The notes under the pieces are model-generated. The model worked only from the letters and a program-made list of their open reading frames with translations. It was not told where the DNA came from and made no database searches. Of a stretch of 64,000 bases of DNA, positions 13,201-24,300 are shown piece by piece (positions within the stretch are counted from its first letter, which is position 1; each line of letters opens with the position of its first letter). This stretch comes from Bilabrum cf. latius (taxonomy: Eukaryota). Made by a program: the position numbers and the translations under genes. Location of the stretch: NCBI GenBank assembly GCA_965178125.1, contig OZ237744.1, positions 434,001 through 498,000 on the forward strand, given 5' to 3'.

Positions 13201-14441
13201 TCGAAGCCTGCAACGTCTATCCAGAGCCTGCCGCGTGGTAGATCCTCGTCTGCAATGGATTCAGAGCGCTGAATTATTCCCCCACTAGCAGAACTTCCAG
13301 ACCCCTCGCTTTGGGTGTCTGTGTCATCGGGTTGCGCCGCTCCTCTAGCATCGAGTGTGCTCGCAACCGCCGTGGCAACGCACTGACTGCTCTATCGATC
13401 CGCATCGTAAGGCTCGGGTGGTTGTCCACCAGGCGACGTGGCACTGCCAGCCCTGAGACCCGGCGCGTTTATGCCCGCTACATCCCCGATCGATTCTCTC
13501 CCGCGGCCAGCCAACACCCCTCCAGCGACGGGGGTGATAGCGGGTGAGCCGAGAGCAGCAGCCAGGGCAGGTGGTGGCGGTGGAGTGCGCGGCTGCATCC
13601 CTACATGTCCAATATCCTGTCCGCCACCCGCCGTAGATGCTCCCGACTAGCCGGCTTGCGGCTACGCGGCAGGTTCTCTGGCATCTTGAGGCTGCTGGTT
13701 GCGCCTGGCAGGCCTGCCCCGAGCCCCAGCAGCTTTCCTGCGCTGCAGCCGAATCCATTGCCACCGTTCAATACGCCAGCGCACAAGCCAAGTGTGCAAA
13801 CGACCGAGCTGCTCCTTCCCAGGAGGGAACACGAATACCTTCGAGCCGCAAGGGGGCCTTCCGTGCTGCGCAGGCGGCAGAGCCACCCTGCTGCCGCCTC
13901 GGTGTTGCCCGCCGGGCGCCGGGGAGTTGAAGCTGCTTTGCCGTAGAAAATTGTGATAAGTTTCATCTTGCTGTCCTACGAACCAGTACGAGAATTCGAT
14001 GATCGACACGGTGCACCCAGCCCCGCTATCGGTCTTGCTGGCACCCTGAGCAGTTGCCGGCTCTGATAGCGCACCATCACCACCAAAATCAGCCGGACGG
14101 GCTCTGCCGCTGTAGACAAATAACTTCTACTGCAGCTGCTCTCGGGATGTGCGGCCGAAAAATTCTAAAAACTCCGGTTCAGTCACACCTTGCCCGCGCG
14201 ACGCATCCATCTCTCGGAGCAGCTGCGCAGTGGCGAGTCTATCTGATACTTCCAAGCCCATGTGATACAAAGCTACGTGTAATTCATCTACGTCAATGAC
14301 CTGGTCCTGATTCGTATCGATGGCTCTGAAGAGCCGCCTTAAGTTCTTCCTGGAGAAGCCGCCACGCATCGCAGAGTCAATTTTGGCCTGTACAAGGCGG
14401 CGGCGGCGATTTTGCTATGCAAGAGAGGATGGACCTGACAT
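10281..14441 (-). CDS. CorA/MIT-family Mg2+ transporter with N-terminal EF-hand pair (~1,380 aa)
   Basis: All fragments (14127-14369, 13662-14009, 13392-13598, 12795-13190, 12015-12341, 11400-11984, 10719-11216, 10281-10574) share one frame joined by TAG. EF-hand loops DTNQDQVIDVDE and DASRGQGVTEPE. LWIDVAGFD; YLLDQVLEHSF; C-terminal AGVYGMNFVKMPEL*FEYGY with two TM helices. Ends TAA. Start is 14441 or 14369. Confidence 0.8.
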
Positions 14442-14562
14442 GTGTAAGTTTATCTGCAGAACTAGTCTTGAATGGCTAGCACCGGAGTAGCTTTCGCGAC
14501 TTGCTCCGAATCCAACGCGACCCTTGCGCCAACTGCAGGCATTTTAGCCTCTCCTGGCTTCC

Positions 14563-16899
14563 ATGCCGATCGAGGTAGTGCATTTCGATGTAAACAAAAC
14601 CATCATTGCGACAGACAAAGCTTCTGGTCAGTCTGAGGAGACAGTTGTCGACGGGCTCGTAGCTCGCAACATTTTTGGGTGTGTTGTGGCTGTGGAAGGA
14701 GCACAAGAAGATGACAATCAATCGTTTGGAGTTCCACGACCAGGAAAGGTGCTCCCGGCCGTTCCACCTCGCACCTTCTGGCGATTTCGCCCGGTAGCTC
14801 CAGACGATCCCGTTCTCGGGGGGAAAGCGATGCCACCCGCACGGGTGCTTGGAGCGTTTGCTGGGTCTCATGCCGCACAGTCTGGGTTATCTGGACGATC
14901 ATCAACCATAAAACAAAACAAGGCGCAGCTTAAAGCGTTGCTTCTGTCCACAATGGGTGGTGTGCACGCTGAGGACCGCGGACCCGGTCTGTTGAAGCGA
15001 GTGTAGCAAATGGGCCAGGAAGGACGCGTGACATCACTCGAAACGTTTCTACAGGAATATGCCTATCCTAGAATACCCCTGAGTGACTGCGAGTCGCGCG
15101 GCTACTCTAAGAGGGAAGCCAAGCACTACAACAAAGTCGTGGCGAAGCACTTCAGAAGGAGAGTGCAGGCGGCGTTGATCCGAGGACTCGCAGAGGCATC
15201 GTCGGAAGAGGCTGCCGGGGCAGCTGATGGTGGCACAGGCGATAGGTCTGGTTCATTGCCTTCGGCCAAGCCGGCGGGGGCTTCCGCCCTCCGCGGTGCG
15301 AAACCCGCTGCGGCTGAGGCACCTGCTCCAGCCACCCACGAGGACGCCAACCGAGCTCTCGTGCTGGCTGCCAGTGCCTCTGACTTGGCCCCCATGCCGG
15401 ATCTTAAAGCGAGCTTGAAGCAACTGTAGGAGAGACTAACAAAGTCTGAGCACCCGAAACTGCCCGCCAATGCAACCGACGCTGCGATGGAGGCGGAGCA
15501 CCTGCTCGAGGTGTTCTCGCTGGGCATGGCGGGAGAGGATCGCGGCCTAGAGGCTGGGGCTGCCTCGGCCGACAAGAAGAAGTCTGGACTGCTGAGTGGG
15601 TTGGGTGCGCTAGACGCGTACCGGCGATTGCTGTTCAAGCAGTGGCGGGACCTCATGGCGCTGTGCCGCTTGTCGGCCTCGGAGCGAGCAGCGGTGGATG
15701 CCCTCCGAGCAACTGCTCCAGAATCGCGGCACCCAGCGGCGCGCGTCCTTCCCGAGCCCATGTAGGACGGCGCCAGGGGCATCATTCCAGCCTTCTTCCG
15801 GTTTGTCGAGGCCCAGCTCCTGGATCCTGCCACGCGGGACACACTAGCCATTGTGATTCGCACGTTTGGCACCGATATCGCTGACATCGGCACGGAATGG
15901 AACATGTACTGCACAGGGCAGCATCCGTACGAGCGAATTCCCAAGGAGCTCGGTCTGTTGGACGGCAGCGGTCCCACTGGCATCGACATGCGACTCATGC
16001 TGCCGTCCTCGACGGCCATGATCCACAGGAGCGGGTACAGGGACCAGCAGCTGTCCGTTGCCGTGGTAAGCGAGGACGGGCCGGCGCCCGCGTGCGCCCA
16101 GCTCGTCGGATACAGGGCGCTGGACGGCTGGATCCGGAATCAGATATCGAGCGGGCGGCGGTGCCTCGCGGTCAGGGACTGCTACGCCTTCTGGAACGAG
16201 CAGGGCGAGGCCGCGGGCGCGGGAAAGGTCGTGATGGTGGACGCAAGTGCCTGGGGGAAACCGCCTCCGGTAGACAAGGGAGCGGCTGGTGGGTCCGGGC
16301 CCGGGGCTGATGGTGGCGTGGCGAGAACTGCTGCAGAGGGCGAGGTGCACCCGGTGTTCTTCGATGACAACGTGCTGCGGCGGCGCGCGAAGATTGTGGA
16401 TGCGCGCGTCATTCTGCCCGCAGGGTGCTCCTTCCGCAGAGCTGGTTCAGCTGCCGCTGCTGCCACCCCTGCTGCCACTCCTGCTGCAGCTGCTGCTGCC
16501 ACTCCTGCTGCCACTCCTGCTGCCACTCCTGCTGCCACTCCTGCTGCCACTCCTGCTGCCACTGCTGCTGCTGGCAGTGCGCCATCGAAGGTTGCAACCA
16601 GTGGCAGCTAGTGCAGCAGCGGCTCAGAGGTGGAAGTGGACGAGCCGGACACGGATGACGAAAGCGCTGCAAAGGCTGCTGGTGCATCAGGGATTGCGGC
16701 GAAAGAGCCCAGGCTTCCATTCTGTCTCACTCGCGGCGTGGTCACCATCAGGTGCGAAATCCAGGACGCGCTGCGAGACCCTTCCTACTTCTCGAAGGAG
16801 ATGGAGGCAGCTAGGGTGATGTGGCCCTCGTTTAAGGAAGCAGTGGCGGCCAGGGTTTCTGCTGCTGGGGTTGCTGCCACGGAGGGTTCAGGAGTGTAA
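14563..16899 (+). CDS. Hypothetical protein with HAD-superfamily-like motifs
   Basis: Single frame with TAG at 15004, 15427, 15763 and 16609; ends TAA. VVHFDVNKTII (motif I-like), IVIRTFGTD and VFFDDN (motif IV-like). Confidence 0.65.
16455..16572 (+). repeat. Coding 12-bp tandem repeat (GCTGCCACTCCT)n encoding (AATP)n
   Basis: Directly visible imperfect tandem repeat inside the HAD-like CDS. Confidence 0.85.
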
Positions 16900-17127
16900 A
16901 GGCACTGCTTTAGGGCAGCTGCAGCAACGACCTGCCTCCCGTGTACAATCAGATTGCAGAAGGTACCATGAGGATCTCTCTGTCGTTACTTGCAGCATTT
17001 GCATACTCCGCCACAGCAACACATGGCTACGTGAGGCATCATTGGAGATGATCGGATCCACGTGTTCGGAAACTTCTTCATTGTGTTTCGCACAATACTC
17101 TAGGTCTGATACTGGTTGATCCTATCT

Positions 17128-20100
17128 ATGGCATCTGCATTAGGAGGACTCCGATCTGGGATAGGCGCAGGGAGCAACGTGCTTGGTTGGTCCAGATCAG
17201 ATGCCCGCGTTTGCACGCAGTATCTTGAGCTAGACTGCGAACTCAAGGGCCACCAAGGTTGTGTAAATACAATTTAGTGGCACGAAGACGGCAAAACGCT
17301 ACTTACAAGCGGTGATGATACCGATATTCGGGTGTGGACTCCCGCTGGACCCGGGTGGAAGTCAGTTGCCATCGGCACTGAGCACACGGGGAACGTTTTC
17401 GATGTTCGTTCCGTCGACAGAGAGTTGACCAGCCTTGTGTCTTGCGCCGCAGATGGCCGAGTACTGTGCACTAATTTCACTGCAGCGTCGGGAGCCGGGA
17501 GAGGATCTAATGAGTTATTTTAGCACGAAGGACGAGCACACAAGCTCGCGGTCCGTGGAGCTGGAAGTGCCGGTGAAGGCTTCACGTTCCTTTCTGCAGG
17601 AGAAGATGGTATCGTGGCGCTTCACGACCTGCGTGAAGCCGGGCCTCGGACGGGCGCCGGATCCAGTGAGGTCTCCTGGCGGAGTACCAAGCTGTTGCGG
17701 ACGCAGCTGGAGAGCTTCAACTGGCGCTATGAACTCAAAGAGACAAAAATTGGCATCAATATCGTTTGCTTTGACCCGCAGAACCAGCACCAGTTCCTGG
17801 TTGGTGGCGACGACTGCATGCTCCGGGTTTACGATCTTCGCAATTGCAACGCAGCCGCCCAGCTGTACTGTCCTTCCCACATGACCGGACAGGTGGTGGG
17901 AGTCGACAGCGACAAGTTTCACATCACTGGAGCATGCTACGCACGGGACGGCAGCACAATTGCAGCCACTTACAACGACGAGCACATTTACCTGTTTCAT
18001 ACGGCCGCGGACTGCGGCCCTCTAATGCAGGAGTTCCAGCGACTCGACAACGTAAGGACTATCTTCGGGCTGCAAGAGAGGGAGGATTCCAGCGACGAGG
18101 AAGAAGGTGAAGACGAACACAAAGAAGGCGATGCAGCGGGCAAGCCTGCAGCGGCAGAGGCCGCAGCAGTTGACGAGGCCGGCACCGGACCACCACAGGA
18201 AGACGACAAGAACAGCGAAGACTCCGATGACTACGTACGACCCGATCGGTTGCCTCCACAAATAGGGTGGGCTTCGAAGCCGTATGGTGGCACAGAGAAC
18301 TATGTTGGCGAACGTTTGAAGCAGTGGATCAAGGAAAGGACAGAGATTGACCTTTACTACACCGAGACCAGCAACGTGGACTACTTGAGTTCTGGCGAGG
18401 CATGGTCAAGAATGAAGAGGCGTGACACCCCCGAGCTCGTGCGCAAGTACTTGTTTGCGAGCAGGCTAGACACCCATCCGCGATGCTATTCGATTTACGA
18501 GCCTGGTGCCCACGAGGACTGCGAACAAGTGCTGCTTGGAGCCGGAAAGCGGCGCGAAGGCATTGACGTGGAGGGTGACGGTGCCGAAACGCCTGGCGGC
18601 AGCATTTCCACTTCGCGGTCGCGTCGGATGGAGAGTCACATGCGGTGGCGTGCTGGTGTCGGGGGTCCTCGCTGGGGGTCTGGGCCCGGTAGCATGCGCT
18701 TCGGGGGTAAGGGCACACGCAGAAGCGGAGGCGCAGCCCCGGGCAGGCGGCATTTTGGAGCGTCAAGTGGTTTCAGCGGCAGCTCGGGATCCGGCTGGCT
18801 CGGCGCGCGGTTCTCGAACAAGGCGATGAGAATGTTTGCGAGCCGTCCTGCCCCATTGATCCCTAGGCAGGCGCTTGGGCTGCCACGCAAAGGTACGGCA
18901 ACCTACGAGCAGGCGGCCAGGTTCAAGCGATACGCACCAGACCGCACCTACACGCTGCAGCTGAGGGGGCAGCGCAATGCAGACACGGTCAAAGGCGTTA
19001 CATTCATGGGCAAACGATCCGAGGTCGTTGTGGCCGGCAGCGACTCTGGCCACATCATTGCGTGGGACAGGTACACGGGCAACCACCTGTGCACAGTGAA
19101 GGCAGACAAGGATGGCGCAGTGAACTGCCTGCACGGCCATCCTGCCGGCCTGCCTATTCTTGCCACGAGCGGGCTAGAGCACACTGCCAAGGTGTGGTCT
19201 CCATCGATCCGCAGGACGCTATCAGAATCTAAAGTCTCTGCCCAGACTGGTGCTAGCAAGGGCACCAAGAAAGGTGGCAATGCCGGAGCAGGCACCGGTG
19301 GTCAAACCGAACGAAGCAGTGGGGCAGCGACTGCCTCGGGCAGGCGACCAACATGTTCTCCACTCTATGAGTCCGTTGGTGGCCGAAAAGGTCTGCAACC
19401 GCCGCGTGTTACGGACCCTCGAGCGTCGCAAGGCGAAGACGGCTACTATCGGCTGTCTCGAGACCAGGCAGTCGAGTTGCTCGAGCGAATAGAGAGGAAT
19501 CGCGTAACAGGCATGGCATCCAGGCCAGTCGGCGCAGGTAGTATGGCAGCAGACAGGATCTTCCAGGTGCGGGCCCTCATGCGCGTCTCTGTGTAGATGG
19601 AGGCGGCCCGCCAGCGCGTGCAGCGAGCTCGCCGCGAGCTGGGACTCCGTATGTCTGCCAGGGGCTGGCAGGGCAGGGTACCTGCTGCTCCTCGGTATCG
19701 TGACCCTGGGATGGTACTGTTGATGGGAGGCAGGGACAGCAGCGACGAGGAAGATGGGGGCGACAGCGATTAGGATGAGGATGATGGCGGGGATGGGGAT
19801 GGGAAGGGTGGTGGTGAACAAGCTGCCACACCAGCGAATGTAGGTGGTAGCGCTCCAGCAGCAGCAGGAAGCACTTCGGCTGAATCCGGCGGCAGCTCGG
19901 GCCCCGAATAGACCCAGTTGGAGAGTTTTACGGTCGAGGCAGCGAGGGCTGTGCTCGGGGCCGAGGCCGACGGCCTGCGTGCCATTGCAGATCTGGAGGC
20001 GCAGGCTGGCGTTCTGGCACGTCTGCGCGAGCTTCACCGGACGGTTTACCTTGGACTGCTGCATGGGGCTGAGGATGAGGATGAGGGTGAGGATGAGGAT

Positions 20101-20238
20101 GAGGGTGAGGGTGAGGGTGAGGATGGGGAAGAGGAGGGTGCTGCGCAGTGGGATTCCAGCGACAGCTCGGACAGCAGCTCGGAAAGTGGCTCAGAAAGTA
20201 GTGATAGCGTGGAAGACAGAGATGATGAACGGCACTGA
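17128..20238 (+). CDS. DCAF8/DCAF6-like WD40 protein (CRL4 substrate-receptor-like)
   Basis: LKGHQGCVNTI*WHEDGKTLLTSGDD; HTGNVFDV; LF*HEGRAHKLAV; HITGACYARDG..ATYNDEHIYLF; GQRNADTVKGVTF..VVAGSDSGHI..WDR; VNCLHGHP..LATSGLEHTAKVWSP. TAG at 17275, 17521, 19594, 19771 and 19909. Acidic tail; ends TGA. Confidence 0.88.
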
Positions 20239-20385
20239 TACATGAGTGTTATTTGTTGTGTTATGTCTTTACAGCTGCTTGTAGAGGGTGCATACGAGGC
20301 TATTCATCTTCAACATACCCACAACAAATATGGACAAAACAGTCCAGCTAACTCTGTGCAGCACCGCCACGAATAATCTTTCTTC

Positions 20386-20886
20386 TCAGGTACGGGGAGT
20401 ACGATCAACAGACGATCTCTCAAACGACTTGCCAGTTGGCATGCGGTCCTCGGCTCGAACGACGGAAGTCGGGTCAGCACCCTTAGCCACATACACTTCA
20501 ATGTCAAAGCCGTCTGTAGGACGCCACCCAGGGTCCAAAAGGGTCTGCATGGTTCTATCGAGCTCGACTTCAGAGTCAGCAAGACACTTGCGAAGGGTTG
20601 ATACCTCCCGCGCCAGCTCTCGAACTCGAATGGTGTCATCGGCTGCGGTTCGAACTGCCCTCTTCAACAGAGTCCCTCTTCGGACAATGGAAACACCCCT
20701 CTCGGCAGCGGGCGTCTATTCAGATTCGTCATGCACTTCCTGCGGTTGCTGCTCTTTGGCACCGGTTGCACCAGATATTGTGCCAGCTTTGATTATGTTG
20801 TGTGCTTCCTTTGCGGAACGAAATCGAGATGCTGCCGGGAGAAACAGGTCTGTTTCTGCGACAAAGTCATTTTTGGGAGATTCCAT
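20386..20886 (-). CDS. Small hypothetical protein (166 aa) with short coiled coil
   Basis: ATG at 20886 (MESPKNDF...) to TGA at 20386 with one in-frame TAG at 20716-20718. No family recognised. Confidence 0.5.
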
Positions 20887-21049
20887 ACCGAAGCTATATT
20901 TGCATTTGTATCAAAATTGACCTAGATCTAACCGTTGGAATCACAGCATGTGACGAGCCACGGTCGCAAGCGGGGGTCGCATCGCATCGCATTACAGGTG
21001 TTGCAGGCAAACTGCGACCCAGCAGTCTCAATCCAGAAGATATCCCCTG

Positions 21050-21344
21050 CTCAGTTGGTCTCCACGCACGTCCCGGCCGGCACGCTCGCCACGTTCCGAC
21101 CGCTCTGCCCGATCACGCAGCTCACGTCGGTCCGCTTCCCGTCCTTGGCCACAGACACCACCACCGTCTCCCCGGGGGCGCCCTCCAGCGTCACGCTCGC
21201 GCTGCTGCCGTCCTCCGCCCACGCGATGAACCGGTCGCCCGAGGTGGGCACCCACTTGCCGGCCTCGCCCAGCAGCGCCCACCCGTTGGGAGACACGGGG
21301 CTCAGGTGGAAGAGCTCGAACGTGTACTGGTCCGAGGGGGACAG
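21050..21344 (-). repeat. Direct repeat copy A: orphan duplicate of the last ~97 codons plus stop of the gene at 26631-29212
   Basis: 295 bp identical to 26630-26924 except at 21066, 21084 and 21329. Confidence 0.95.
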
Positions 21345-24300
21345 TGATAAGGGGACCTGATCTTTTGTGGAATCACCACGCTATCACGAAGCCACATCTG
21401 GAACAAAGGCCCGGGACCTACCAGACTTCACGCTTCAGCTGCAATGGCCTAAACCACCTAAGCTCCACCCTGAGGACCCATTTCCCCCTGGGGAGCGTCA
21501 GCATTCACGTTCCCTCCGGCATACCCGTTCTGGGCCAACCCTGCCTCGATATTGGCGACCGCTGTGGCGAGGTTGATGTGTTCGGTTGCCCCTACAGCCA
21601 CTGGCACTGGCAGGCTGGCAAAGTCGTCCCGGACCACCCTGACGAGCGCCCGTTTGGCCTTCACTGCAGCACTTCGAACTTTTCGAGCCAAAATCGAGGG
21701 CGCTTGAGTGGTCCTGCACGCCCCGTGAGTATATAGTGTGGTACACACGCTGTTCCCCGCGCACGTGCTGGTGCTAGGCGGCGACCGAAAGGCGAGCCTT
21801 AGGTACAGAAGACCGCGAGATGCGTGGATTGACCGGACGGGTCGAAACCCGCCACCCCTTGTCCTCCTATCTCTTCTTCCGCAGCTCGTCAAGCACCTCC
21901 AGGAACTCGGCCGACTTCTCCCCGATCCCACCCAACACGTCTACCACAAAGGGTACGACTCCGTCGGACCCGCACGCCACTGTGCACCGTCCCTGTCTGT
22001 GTCCTCATAGTCCCTGGCCGGGGGGTTTCTTATTGTTTGACAACTAAGTTTGTGATTCAACTCAAAGGTGCACGCTTTCACGATTACGCATGAGTCATTG
22101 GCCGGGCCAAAGGGCTGGAAATACAGAAATACAGAAATACATTGTTGGGTAAAGATTCCATAAGCACCCAGATGCACCGTCGCCCCCGAAGGCGTTTGGG
22201 TGATCACCTAGATCCAGAGGAGCCCTAAAACAAAGGACTACAAGACCCCCGACCCTTTCAGGCCAAAGGCCCCCCGTTCTCAGCCTATGCCGCCGAGTTC
22301 CCATTCTTCGCCATCAGTGTGGTCCCCCACAGGCCCCCAGCCTGTTGCCTTCATAAGGAGAAAGCATACAGGTGCGGAGCGTGTGCCTGGCACAAGGCGC
22401 GGTCCAGTCCCACATCGGGTTCCCCGGTCGAGACCCACCATTTCCTCCTCCATGACCGTCTCTGCGTCTCACGATCCTTCAGAGAGGCGAGCATGCACGC
22501 GCTCATGCCTTTGGCCCATTGCCTCTCTATATCCTTTAGCAAGCCGTGGGGCTTGAAAATCCGTCGCTCTAGTCGGGCGTTCGCATTGGTTGCCGCTATC
22601 AGCTCCTGCGTGGCCGTGGCGGCTAGGGCAGCCGCCGCATCACCACGCATCCACTGCCTGCATGTCAGCTGCTCCTGCTGGCGCAGCTGGTTTCTGAGCA
22701 CCTGCACCACTCGGTTGGCCAGCACCTTGACAGCTGTACGTTCCGAGGACCGTGCAATCGTGCGCTCTATCCGAATGAGCGCGTCTTCGACAATTGGCTT
22801 GGCCCTGTTGGTGTGCTCCAGCTTCTCGTCCCAAGGATCCAGGGTGAGAGCTGTCTTCGCCCATGCCTTCCGAAGAGAGGCGGGCGACCTCCCTCTATTC
22901 TGGCTGGCCCTGACCAACAAGTTGCGTGAAAGTTTGCTTAATCGGATCCGATTACCCTTGGTGCTGACTCACGCACTGCTGAGTGGCTCCCGTTGTCTCA
23001 TTTCTGGTTTGTGGCGACAAGCCGGCTTCACGCTAGATTTTGTGTATTTTAGTACGTAAAGTATGATACCTTGGAATCGGTTGCGTGCTCAGTCCCTTGC
23101 TCATGCGAGACGATTGCGCGCCAAGTTTCGGTGTGTTCCAGGTCTTCGTGCTCCTTGTCACGTAGCAAGTGGCACCTTCAGAAATTTCAGAGTGGTTCCT
23201 GTGATATATTCTGGAGTCGAGCCTATTCATAGTCAACGGTAGCATTTATCGAGATGCTTTTAGTCGACTGCAGCGGAGAAGCACATCGACCTCAAGACTG
23301 ACTGGCTGGAGAAATTGGGCCGTTGTTGGCGCACGCGAGACGTCGATATATTTTTGATGAATATCACTAACTCATCCAGGTGGCGAGGTCTGATTTCACG
23401 ACGTAGCTTGGAAGATGCCGCAGCTGCAGTGCATGAGCTCCATACTGATGCAACGACATTGTGCAGAAGCATTGGCTCTGACAAGCAGCTCATTTCAGAG
23501 GCAATTAGAGCAGCAATTGACAATACAGCTACTCCAGTTGTTTCTGATGAAGATGCCGAGCGGATGCAACGCTTGCACGCCGCTGGCCTTCTCTCTGTAC
23601 TGCAGAGCGAATCATGTGTGGATTACTTTCGATCCAAGCAGGCATTCCAGGATTTCCAGTCGATACAAAACCACATTGACACCTTGTTAACGGGCTACGA
23701 GGCAGCCAGAATCGGCTACGAGGCAGCCAGAATCAAGGTGCAAGAGAGGGAAGCGGCACTTGAAGGTGAAGTTGGCCTACCGGCCCACTACCCGCATGAC
23801 ATGTCTACCACGACAACATGGACTGCCGACATGATCGAAGGCTGGTGTTCCAAAGCAGATGCCGCTGGTTTTCGCACCGTGTGTGGCAAGACAGCTTCTG
23901 AATACATTCGCGAGGCGTGCCGCGTCGAGCCTGACGACTTATCGACACGGACCGCGTGCTCAGTTGCTGCTCGTGCTGTCCTGAATGCCTTACAGGTCCT
24001 AATGCATGCCAGGGTGGTTACCCGTGAGCTGGAAGTGCCTGTGTACGAAGCCCTCGTTCTCTGCGGAGCCCCAGAATCTCACCGTGAGAGGGCGTTGTTG
24101 TCTTCCATTGAAGCAGCCATGCATCTCATAGGGGGGCGATCTACACAACAGCGCAATAACGGGTTGCTGGTGGGTGCAAAAGGTATGGGCAAGTCGTCAT
24201 TGTTCAAGTCTATTGGAATGGCCATGGCCATGATAGACTTCGCCAACCCGGACGTGATTGTCTGTCCTGCGTATTCTGTCTCCCCAAAGGGCGCAGCTCC

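Noticed and set aside
23692-23733. 21-bp tandem duplication (GYEAARI x2) as a target-site duplication
   Set aside because: The copies are adjacent and in frame within the CDS. This is a simple slippage duplication with nothing inserted between them.
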